Shown here: positions 46,964 through 54,967 of the stretch, piece by piece
How positions within the stretch are numbered: the first letter of the stretch is position 1
Layout: each line of letters starts with the position of its first letter
Origin: Bacteroidales bacterium
GTDB taxonomy: Bacteria > Bacteroidota > Bacteroidia > Bacteroidales > UBA3824
Reading direction: 5' to 3'
NCBI GenBank assembly: GCA_017417315.1
Contig: JAFPZK010000016.1
Location: 31,494-95,493 of the forward strand
Length of the DNA: 64,000 nucleotides
Translations under genes and position numbers: made by a program
Notes under the pieces: model-generated
What the model saw: the letters and a program-made list of their open reading frames with translations, nothing else
Databases searched by the model: none
Told to the model about the DNA's origin: nothing

Positions 46964-47036
46964 CAAATATTTTTTTAAGAACGGCAATATTTTATAAAAA
47001 GTTTTATATTTTTTTTGCAGAAAACGACTTTATTTA

Positions 47037-47044
47037 TATTTTTG
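47037..47044 (+). promoter_or_regulatory. TAnnTTTG promoter motif (TATTTTTG)
   Basis: Exact motif 56 nt upstream of the ATG at 47100. Confidence 0.4.
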
Positions 47045-47099
47045 CGAAACCGTCATTTCGGAAACGGCGGTTTCGGAACTTTTGTAAACTTAAAAGATT

Positions 47100-48419
47100 A
47101 TGAAATTTTTTGACAGGGAAAAAGAAATAAAAACGTTGAAAGAAATCAACGAAAAATCTAAGTCAAACGCACAATTTACCGTTTTGACGGGTCGTAGGCG
47201 TATCGGTAAGACTTCGCTTGTTTTTAAGGCATACGACGGTCTTGATTTTCTGTACTTTTTCGTCTCCAAAAAGAGCGAAAGCGAACTTTGTAACGATTAC
47301 AAAAACGAGATTGAAAACAAACTGAAAATCTTAATTCCCGGCAAAATTACAAAGTTTTATGTTTTGTTTGAATATTTGATGCAACTTTCTTTAACGCGGC
47401 ATTTAATTATTTTTATTGACGAGTTTCAGGAATTTTTGCACGTTAATCCGTCAGTTTACAGCGATATGCAGCGGATTTGGGACGTTAACAAAAATTCAGC
47501 ACATCTTAACCTGATTGTTTGCGGCTCGGTTAATTCGCTTATTAACAGGATTTTCAGGGACTTAAAAGAACCGCTTTATGCACGTCAGACGGCATTTTTG
47601 AAAATTGAGGGTTTTGAAACAGGAGTTTTAAAAAACATTCTTTTGGAATATAACAGCGGTTACGATAACGAAGATTTGCTTGCTTTTTATGCTTTGACCG
47701 GCGGGGTCGCAAAATATGCGGAATTGTTGGTGGATAACAATGCTTTGACGAAGGACAAAATGTTGGATTATGTTTTGCAGAGCGAATCCGTTTTCTTGTC
47801 AGAAGGCAAAAATCTTTTGATTGAGGAGTTCGGAAAGGATTACGGCACGTATTTTACGATACTTTCGCATATTGCTTCGGGCGTTAATTCGCGACCGGCT
47901 ATTGAGACGGAAATCGCTAAGGAAATCGGCGGTTATATTTCGCGGCTTGAAAACGATTACGGTATAATCGCCAAAAAACAGCCGCTTTTTGAAAAATCAC
48001 CTAACAAAAATGTCCGTTATTTTATAAAGGATAATTTTTTGAATTTTTGGTTTCGCTTTATTTTTAAGTACAATTTTATGTTGGAAATCAATGCGCATGA
48101 CCGTCTTAAAGAAATTATTAGACGTGATTGGGAAGTTTATAGCGGTTTTGCGCTTGAAAAATATTTTACTGCGCGGCTTATTGAAGAACAACGTTTTACG
48201 CGAATCGGTCAATGGTGGGACAGAAAAGGCGAAAACGAGATTGATGTTATTGCCGCTGACGAACTTTCTAAAACGGCTGAATTTTACGAAGTTAAGCGTC
48301 AAAAAAGCCGTATCAATATTGAGGTTTTGAAAGACAAAGCCGGGGCTTTTAACAAAGCGACCGGCGGATTCAAAAAGTTTGACGAAAAGTTTTTTGCGTT
48401 AAGCCTTGAAGATATGTAA
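47100..48419 (+). CDS. ATPase of the 'archaeal ATPase'/DUF234 type
   Basis: FFDREKEI start, Walker A GRRRIGKTS, Walker B IIFIDEFQ, and a C-terminal DUF234-like region. Confidence 0.7.
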   Translation: MKFFDREKEIKTLKEINEKSKSNAQFTVLTGRRRIGKTSLVFKAYDGLDFLYFFVSKKSESELCNDYKNEIENKLKILIPGKITKFYVLFEYLMQLSLTRHLIIFIDEFQEFLHVNPSVYSDMQRIWDVNKNSAHLNLIVCGSVNSLINRIFRDLKEPLYARQTAFLKIEGFETGVLKNILLEYNSGYDNEDLLAFYALTGGVAKYAELLVDNNALTKDKMLDYVLQSESVFLSEGKNLLIEEFGKDYGTYFTILSHIASGVNSRPAIETEIAKEIGGYISRLENDYGIIAKKQPLFEKSPNKNVRYFIKDNFLNFWFRFIFKYNFMLEINAHDRLKEIIRRDWEVYSGFALEKYFTARLIEEQRFTRIGQWWDRKGENEIDVIAADELSKTAEFYEVKRQKSRINIEVLKDKAGAFNKATGGFKKFDEKFFALSLEDM

Positions 48420-49235
48420 CAGTCTGTTTTTCAAAATCTTCCAATTCGCTTTTATTGTCATTTGGGTTTTGAAAATCTGTTTTTCTTGGGCGTTTAAGTC
48501 CGTTAAAGTGGATTTTCCGCCGAGGTGCTTTACTTTTGCATTTTCTGAAATGCCCGTTTTGTAACCTTTTTGCTTGATATAATCGAAAAGCAGCATTTCT
48601 TCGCCGTAAAGAAACGTTACCGGCAAAAACGCAAACTCCTCGTTTTCAATCCATTTTCTTGAAAACACAACGCACGAGCCGTGAAGAATACAATCCGTAA
48701 TATTTTCTAAATTAACGCTCTGCTTGTGAAAACTCTGACTTGTAGTGTTGTATGTTTTGAGAATTTTTTTCTCGAAAAGTCCTGTTTTTAGGCATATTAA
48801 TCTAAATATGTCAATGATATTTTGCTTAAAAATTCTGAGGCTTGAATACGGCTCTCTGAGCAGCGGATTTTGATGCTTTCCTTCTGGCGTTATGATGTCA
48901 GGACCGGTGATGTCAAAATGCTTTTCTAAAATGTTTTTCTCAAAATCTTTGTCGTCTATCATAACGTCATTGTTCATAACAACCATGAAATCAGCGTTAT
49001 AATTCTTCTTTGCAAATTCATAGCCCGTGTTGTTGCCTTTTGCGAAACCGAGATTTTTTTCTGTTAAAAGGACGTTGACTGTCGGAAAAATTTCGCGCAG
49101 TTTTTCCGCACTGCCGTCGTTGCTGAAATTATCAACGATGACAATTTTTGACTCCGGAAAATTTTTCAAAAGTTTTTCCGTACATTCTTTTGTTAAGTCA
49201 AAAGTACGGTAATGAAGAATTACATAGACGAACAT
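48399..49235 (-). CDS. Family-2 glycosyltransferase
   Basis: N-terminal VILHYR...IVIVDNFSNDGS and a DxD-like NNDV motif. Confidence 0.75.
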   Translation of the reverse strand: MFVYVILHYRTFDLTKECTEKLLKNFPESKIVIVDNFSNDGSAEKLREIFPTVNVLLTEKNLGFAKGNNTGYEFAKKNYNADFMVVMNNDVMIDDKDFEKNILEKHFDITGPDIITPEGKHQNPLLREPYSSLRIFKQNIIDIFRLICLKTGLFEKKILKTYNTTSQSFHKQSVNLENITDCILHGSCVVFSRKWIENEEFAFLPVTFLYGEEMLLFDYIKQKGYKTGISENAKVKHLGGKSTLTDLNAQEKQIFKTQMTIKANWKILKNRLLHIFKA

Positions 49236-50128
49236 GATTTTAAGTAACGTTTTAGTTTATAATAGTTTATCACTTGTCTGAAAAGAGAACAATCATAGAT
49301 TGTTTTAAAATTTTTCAATATTTTTTTGTCGACTTCGGTTGACGGACAAAAATTAAAATCCTCTTTTTCAAACGAAATTTCCGTGTCGTATTTTGAGGTT
49401 TGACCGACGTGTGTGCCTGAGCCGTCAGCACCGTTGTTGATGACAAAAGATTTTGTCGGATACATTGTCGGCATTTTAGCCTTAAACCCTGAATAACAGA
49501 ACCTTATCGACCACGAATTAATTTCGCCTAATTGTTGCTTCAACAGCATTGCCCAAAGGTCTGAACCCGCTTCGTTGAATTTTTTTCGCTGCTTTTTGTC
49601 AGCAATAAAGGTCGAAAAATCCGAGACTTTAAAGTCAACTTTTTGCCAACGGTCTTTCCATGTTGCCCAGCCCCAAGAGCAGTTACGCATTATTGGATAA
49701 GTGGTAAAGTTATAATTTTCAGGGAGTTGGATTCTCGGCGTGTAGCCCGCAACCGAGAAAACGTTTTTGTCGGCATAATAATCCAAAGCCTTGTTCATAT
49801 AGTTTAAAAAGCCGGGCGTAGTGATGAGGTCGTCTTCCAAAACGATTGCGCGGTCAAATGCGGAAAAAACTTCGTCAAGACCGCTGATAATATTGTTAGC
49901 AAGCCCGATGTTCTTATCTCTGAAAACTTTTTTTACGCTTTTGAATCCGATGATTGTGTTGATGAAATTTTTAACTTCTTCAACTTTTGGGTCTTTTGTC
50001 CCGATTTTTTGACCGTCGCAAAAAATAATTAAATCTGTTTCTGAGGCTTCCGCGTTCAAAAGCAGACTTTTAATGAGTTTTTCTAAATGTGATTTTCTGT
50101 TATATGCAAAAATTATTACGGGTGTCAT
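49220..50128 (-). CDS. Glycosyltransferase-like protein (GT-A fold, GNT-I/GT2-like)
   Basis: MTPVIIFAYNRKSHLEKLIKSL N-terminus and an EDD motif (IVLEDDL). 16-nt overlap with the downstream GT2. Confidence 0.55.
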   Translation of the reverse strand: MTPVIIFAYNRKSHLEKLIKSLLLNAEASETDLIIFCDGQKIGTKDPKVEEVKNFINTIIGFKSVKKVFRDKNIGLANNIISGLDEVFSAFDRAIVLEDDLITTPGFLNYMNKALDYYADKNVFSVAGYTPRIQLPENYNFTTYPIMRNCSWGWATWKDRWQKVDFKVSDFSTFIADKKQRKKFNEAGSDLWAMLLKQQLGEINSWSIRFCYSGFKAKMPTMYPTKSFVINNGADGSGTHVGQTSKYDTEISFEKEDFNFCPSTEVDKKILKNFKTIYDCSLFRQVINYYKLKRYLKSCSSM

Positions 50129-50200
50129 GCACTTTTGTTTTTCTTATTGCGGCAAAGATAATATATTTGCACGGATTTTGACGTAAAACAGCAAAAAAAT

Positions 50201-50887
50201 ATGCTGAAAAAAATTCTTGACATATATAATGATTGTTTGGTCAGATTGTTTTTGGTAAAATGGTTCTGCGTTGATTATGAGCGTTTTATGAAACGAAACC
50301 ATAATCCTAAAAAACTTATTTTGCGCATGAGTTTTATCACTGTTTTTCTGACCTTTTTGGCGACGATTCCTACTAACGTTTTCATTTCCATTCCGTTAGC
50401 GGTGTTGGATTTGTTGCAGTTTCAAGTTTTTATAAATTTGGTTCAGCAGTGTATTCTTTATCATTATGGTCAGGAAGATTTAAGGGATTCAGACGGCAAA
50501 ATCGGTTTTAAAAACGGTGATTATTTGATGTGGCTTCAAGCCGAGGCGATGTTCGGATTAAGGGGCAGTGTTAATAATAAACTTAAAAGTGCAGGTAGTT
50601 TTATTGTCAGAAAATCAATCTCTTTGATTTTTACCAAATCGCCGTTCAGGGTTGTTTTGATGTCGCTTTTGAGGCAGTTTTTAAAGTGGTGCGGTGTTGT
50701 GGTAACGCATGAATTGCTGCTAAGTTCGCTTGATATTTTGGTTGTCGGGCTTTGTGCGCTGATTGCTGCGCTCGTTTCGCTTTGGCAGTTTTTGCCGATG
50801 TGCAAAAATTTTTACAAGAACATTCGCAATAACGGCGTTAGTTTTTATTCCACCTCCTTTTGTAATATTCATTCACCAAACTCCTGA
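50201..50887 (+). CDS. Membrane protein, possibly EcsC-like
   Basis: Several hydrophobic helices with weak resemblance to EcsC-family proteins. Its 3' end overlaps the RT 3' end by 50 nt. Confidence 0.35.
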   Translation: MLKKILDIYNDCLVRLFLVKWFCVDYERFMKRNHNPKKLILRMSFITVFLTFLATIPTNVFISIPLAVLDLLQFQVFINLVQQCILYHYGQEDLRDSDGKIGFKNGDYLMWLQAEAMFGLRGSVNNKLKSAGSFIVRKSISLIFTKSPFRVVLMSLLRQFLKWCGVVVTHELLLSSLDILVVGLCALIAALVSLWQFLPMCKNFYKNIRNNGVSFYSTSFCNIHSPNS

Positions 50888-52061
50888 AACCTAAACTTTT
50901 AAGTTCTGAGTACCGAACCTTAAAATTCTTTTTCGTGTGCCGTCCCGAAAAAAGGAAACGCATATATTGAATCAAATGTGTGTCAATTATTTTCAGACTT
51001 TTTGAAGTCGTCAAAAGCGGAAAATACCAGCGCGACCACGTAAAGCCGTCTTCGTTTTCGTCGTCGTAAAACTTTCTGTTGAAACAATCCGCTAAGTCAG
51101 CGGCAACGGTGTCAAAGTCTTCGTGTTTGCGCTTTTTACGCCTTAACAAGGCTTTGGCTTTGCGACGAATTTTGGCTTTTAATTTTTTTACTGACATTTC
51201 CGCTATGTCAATTTCCCCGTTTTGAAGCGAAAATCCTAAAAATTCCCATCTCTGCCCCGGAGAATAAGTTCTTAGTTTTTCTTGATTTATTGTCAGACCT
51301 TTTTCTATTATATAGTTGAAAATTAATGTTTTATATTCTTCCATTTCTTCTTTTGTGTTGCAGAGAACCAAAATGTCGTCAGAATATCTGAAATACGGTA
51401 CGGCTTTCTCGAAAAATATTTTGTCAAGACCGCGTAAATAAATGTTTGCAAAAAATGCCGAAACAGGTGCGCCCGCCATTGCGCCGGTATTTTCTTCTAT
51501 GACGGTGTATTTACCGTTGTCGCTTTTCAGACAGGCTTTGTTTTTGGTGACAAGTTGTTGAAGCAGAGCGCAAAGCGGGGCGTCGTCGGTGATAACCTCC
51601 GCAATTTCTTCGGCAAGTTTTTCCGAGGGTATTGAGTTGAAATAATCGTGAATGTCGATTTTCAACACGTATTGTTTGTTTCTGTTTTTTCGGCTGACGA
51701 TTTCTTTTATCGCCGTCTGAGCGCAAAATCCACGTCTGAAAGAATAACAATTTGGGTAAAGTTTATAATCGTATTTGTAAAGTATAAACGTCAAATGTTT
51801 TAAAATATAACTTTCGATTTTCGGGAAACGGTATATAATGCGTTTTTTGTCAGTGCCTTTTTTGTTGACGGCTGTTTTTAGCGGATAACGAAATTTATAT
51901 TCTCCCGAAATTATTTTTTCGGCGGTTTTGTGATATTCTTTATCGTCGATAAATTTTTTTAGTTTTTTTAATTTGCTTTTTTGTACGCTGGTAATTGAAG
52001 ATTTAAACGTATAAAACGCGTTCCAATTTTTTTTACTGTCAAGTTTTTCGATTAGGCTCAT
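50838..52061 (-). CDS. Stand-alone reverse transcriptase (unclassified; retron/DGR/UG-like palm, YSDD catalytic motif)
   Basis: Ordered RT motifs RIIYRFP, YVLKIDIHDYFNSI, GAMAGAPVSAFFANIYL, FRYSDDILVL, LTINQEK and WEFLGFSL, plus a basic thumb-like tail. The start is taken at ATG 52061 (MSLIEKLD); the track ORF starts at a TTG at 52088. Confidence 0.85.
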   Translation of the reverse strand: MSLIEKLDSKKNWNAFYTFKSSITSVQKSKLKKLKKFIDDKEYHKTAEKIISGEYKFRYPLKTAVNKKGTDKKRIIYRFPKIESYILKHLTFILYKYDYKLYPNCYSFRRGFCAQTAIKEIVSRKNRNKQYVLKIDIHDYFNSIPSEKLAEEIAEVITDDAPLCALLQQLVTKNKACLKSDNGKYTVIEENTGAMAGAPVSAFFANIYLRGLDKIFFEKAVPYFRYSDDILVLCNTKEEMEEYKTLIFNYIIEKGLTINQEKLRTYSPGQRWEFLGFSLQNGEIDIAEMSVKKLKAKIRRKAKALLRRKKRKHEDFDTVAADLADCFNRKFYDDENEDGFTWSRWYFPLLTTSKSLKIIDTHLIQYMRFLFSGRHTKKNFKVRYSELKSLGFRSLVNEYYKRRWNKN

Positions 52062-52257
52062 GGTGTTTGTCAACAAAGAAAAAAACAAAGAGAAAATTGC
52101 TTTGAAAGAAGCAATGCTTCTGATAAAGGGCTGAACGCGTAAATGGTTGCCTGCAAAACCAGTGTGCTATGGGAAATTATTTTTACGCGCTTTGCCCGCC
52201 GCAGGCGCAAATTTATCACAGAAATAAATTTTGCATTTCTCTTTGTTTTATAATGTT
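52062..52257 (-). ncRNA. Candidate structured non-coding RNA upstream of the RT (retron msr/msd-like or DRT-type ncRNA)
   Basis: A 14-nt perfect inverted repeat (52082-52095 / 52236-52249) encloses a 140-nt relatively GC-rich core with several internal helices. No promoter motif lies between it and the RT. Confidence 0.5.
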
Positions 52258-52713
52258 TTATAAGTATTTCGAAAGTCTTTCCCTAATGTACTTTATTTCG
52301 TTAGGAAAATGTTCGAGAAAATTTATCATCGGTATCGAATTTTTTTCTGCCACCTCTTTCGACCAACGGTAAAGCCTATAACGGCAAGTGTTGCGACCGA
52401 CTATCATGATGAAAAGTTTCGGTTTTCCGTTAGAATATATGCCGAAGGAATAATTCATAAATTTTCCCGTGCCGCCGAGTGTCAGGGGCGAAACATTTTC
52501 GCATACATCATATTGAGAGAAATTTTCTTTCAAAACTTCTTTCAATTTTTCACCGACATATCTTGTGTCCGAAAAGTCAAACGTTCTTTCCGGCTCGTAA
52601 TATCTTTCCGGTTGCGGTTTGCGTGAAGTTTTCATCGGGACTTCGTCGTCTAATCCGCCGAAAACTTTTGCTAATCCGTTGAATATATTATCAAGTGTAT
52701 TAATTAAGCCCAT
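52258..52713 (-). CDS. 152-aa hypothetical protein, first gene of the RT operon
   Basis: ORF from ATG 52713 (MGLINTLDNIF..). No family recognised. The C-terminal half (KPKLFIMIVGRN..IPMINFLE) has an alpha/beta pattern faintly reminiscent of endonuclease-like folds. Confidence 0.5.
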   Translation of the reverse strand: MGLINTLDNIFNGLAKVFGGLDDEVPMKTSRKPQPERYYEPERTFDFSDTRYVGEKLKEVLKENFSQYDVCENVSPLTLGGTGKFMNYSFGIYSNGKPKLFIMIVGRNTCRYRLYRWSKEVAEKNSIPMINFLEHFPNEIKYIRERLSKYL

Positions 52714-52723
52714 AATTTTTTTG

Positions 52724-52731
52724 CAAATATA
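52724..52731 (-). promoter_or_regulatory. TAnnTTTG promoter motif (TATATTTG on the minus strand) for orf152
   Basis: Exact motif in the 52-nt gap after the last MCP gene, 11 nt upstream of ATG 52713 (implies a very short leader). Confidence 0.4.
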
Positions 52732-52765
52732 AAAAGTTTTTTTTACCGAAAAAAGTTTTTTCTCT

Positions 52766-54922
52766 TTAAAATTCAGTATATTCGTCATCAAGTCTTATAT
52801 CCGAACCGCCGGTTCTTAACTGACTGAAATATTGAAGTTCTTTTTCAACGTTTTTTTCGAGTTCGGTTTTTTTGTCCGTTTCTACAAGTTTTTCTTCCGT
52901 TACAGTATTTTTCGTGTCCTCGTCTTTTGTTTCGAGTTTTGTATTGTCGGGATAAGAGGGCGATAACAGCGAAATTTTTTCTTCGTAATTAATGCCGCCG
53001 AGTTCTAAAATTTTGGTTTTTAATCTTAGAATTTCCGTTGTGTGCGAACTGATTTCTTCTATGAGTTTTTGAGTTTTGCTGTCTTCTGTAATTTGCGTTT
53101 TGAAAAAGTTTGTAACCGTATTCAAGTCAGCAATATTTTTTGTTAAGTTTTCGGAATATGCGGCTGTTTGTTTCGCAAAGTCAGAATTGTTGGCGGCTAT
53201 GCTGACAAGTTGCATAACTGACATACTTATCGAATATGTCATATTGAGTTGCTCTTTGCATATTTCGGAAATCGTGGAAACTTTTTCTGCAATTTTTTTG
53301 ATGTTCGGTAAAATTTGCTGTATGAGTTCCGCCGATTGACTTGTGGTTTTTAGACTCCATTTTGACGACTCGTTGATTTCTGTTGAAGCTTCAAGACAAT
53401 GTTCGGCGAGTTTTCGGATTTCTGAGGCAACCACGCCGAAGCCTTTTCCGTTTTCGCCAGCGCGTGCTGCTTCAACTGCCGCATTGATAGCCAAGAGGTC
53501 GGTTCTTTCGCTGATTTCGTCAATGATTTTAATTTTTTCCATGACGATTTGGATACTGTCCAAGGTGTTTTCGGAGGCTAATGTTATGTTGTTCATATCG
53601 CTTGCGACCTTGTCGGTAAAACTCTTGGTGTGCAGCGCGTTTTGAGTGTTTTGCTGAATCGAAACCGTCATTTTGTCAATCAAATCGTGAATCTGATTGC
53701 CGAACGAAACCTGTGATTTGGCTTCTTCCGAAACACTTTTAACGGATTTTTTCAGTGCGGAGTTTCCGTTAGCGATTGATTTTGAAATGGTGCGGATTTT
53801 TTTTACAGTTTCCGAAACCTTTTTTTGCATTTTTTCTGCCGAAAGTTTCAGGTCTCCGAACTCGTCGTTGCTCGTAATTGAGTTAGCGGCGTTGAGATAC
53901 ATTCTGCCTTCTGCAAAATCGTTGTTGAACTCTTTCATTTTATTGAGAGGTTTTTCAACAAAGGTTTTCGTAATTCTTTTTATTACAATGTATAACGCAA
54001 TTATTGATATAATCGTGATTACAATCATTATGACAAGCAGAAGGTTAGGCAAAAGGTCAAGCAAAACTTTCGGAGTGTTTAGACTCATGCCTATATCGGT
54101 GCCGGGCAAAACGTAAATCATACCTATCATTTCAAAACCGTTGGAATTGTATGTGCCTATGTAACATTCAGGTGCTGCTTCTTCTTTGCCGTTATCAAGA
54201 AATGAAATAACGTTTTTTGCTCCGGCTTTTTCCATTTCTTCCGCCGTTACGTTCTTAATTTTATTGTCATAATATACACGAAAATTATAGTCTAAGTTTC
54301 CCAAAACTGCATAACCGTACCCGTTTGCTTTGGTTTTTAAAAGAATGCTGTCAATCGGGGCTGACGAAAATCCTATCGCCAAAACAGCCGCTACGGAGTC
54401 TTTGTGCCGGTAAACGGGAAGCGAAACTTCAAACATGTCAGAGCCTAAATCCTGAGGCAATGTAACGTACCAGTTGTATTTTTCATAAATTATTTTGTGA
54501 AATGCCTTAGTTTGCTTGAAATTTTTGGATATTTCTTTTTCGTTGCTTTGGTATGTTGAGCCTTCAACGGGATTTGACAGCGAAATGTATGAATAGGGCA
54601 GAGGCGTGCCTTTAATCATTTGTTCGCAATTCTCCAAAAATGCTTTCGGGTCGGCAGTTTCGGAATATCCTTGCTGCAAAATGTTTAATTCGGCTTTGTA
54701 ACCCAAAAACGTATTTCTTAACGACTGACCTTGGGTTACTACCGACTGCTCATACATTTGTTTGGTGTTGTGAGTGTGCAGTTTAGAGACCGTTAGCAAA
54801 ACTATGACGTTTATGCCGACGATTATCAGAAATGTTACGGGTATCAAAACTGACGTATATTTTTTCAAAACCGTTTTTCCGCTTTTTTCCAAACGTTTTT
54901 TTATGTATTCCGAAGTATTCAT
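52766..54922 (-). CDS. Methyl-accepting chemotaxis protein paralog 5 (Cache-like sensor, HAMP, MCP signalling domain, long tail ending EYTEF)
   Basis: Two TM helices flank a roughly 270-aa periplasmic domain. Signalling tip [36 protein letters not shown]. Confidence 0.85.
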   Translation of the reverse strand: MNTSEYIKKRLEKSGKTVLKKYTSVLIPVTFLIIVGINVIVLLTVSKLHTHNTKQMYEQSVVTQGQSLRNTFLGYKAELNILQQGYSETADPKAFLENCEQMIKGTPLPYSYISLSNPVEGSTYQSNEKEISKNFKQTKAFHKIIYEKYNWYVTLPQDLGSDMFEVSLPVYRHKDSVAAVLAIGFSSAPIDSILLKTKANGYGYAVLGNLDYNFRVYYDNKIKNVTAEEMEKAGAKNVISFLDNGKEEAAPECYIGTYNSNGFEMIGMIYVLPGTDIGMSLNTPKVLLDLLPNLLLVIMIVITIISIIALYIVIKRITKTFVEKPLNKMKEFNNDFAEGRMYLNAANSITSNDEFGDLKLSAEKMQKKVSETVKKIRTISKSIANGNSALKKSVKSVSEEAKSQVSFGNQIHDLIDKMTVSIQQNTQNALHTKSFTDKVASDMNNITLASENTLDSIQIVMEKIKIIDEISERTDLLAINAAVEAARAGENGKGFGVVASEIRKLAEHCLEASTEINESSKWSLKTTSQSAELIQQILPNIKKIAEKVSTISEICKEQLNMTYSISMSVMQLVSIAANNSDFAKQTAAYSENLTKNIADLNTVTNFFKTQITEDSKTQKLIEEISSHTTEILRLKTKILELGGINYEEKISLLSPSYPDNTKLETKDEDTKNTVTEEKLVETDKKTELEKNVEKELQYFSQLRTGGSDIRLDDEYTEF

Positions 54923-54967
54923 AACGATGTAATTTTTAGTTTTTTATCATTTATTACCTTTTTGATT

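Noticed and set aside
50838-52257. The RT as a classical DGR RT or a group II intron RT
   Set aside because: Neither the 196-nt upstream spacer nor the downstream flank resembles the VR-like segment at 42122-42283 or any other stretch I could match. Motif 4 lacks the DGR S-Q. There is no En or maturase extension, and coding genes abut both sides, leaving no room for intron ribozyme domains. Only a profile search could settle this, so the classification stays open in the findings.
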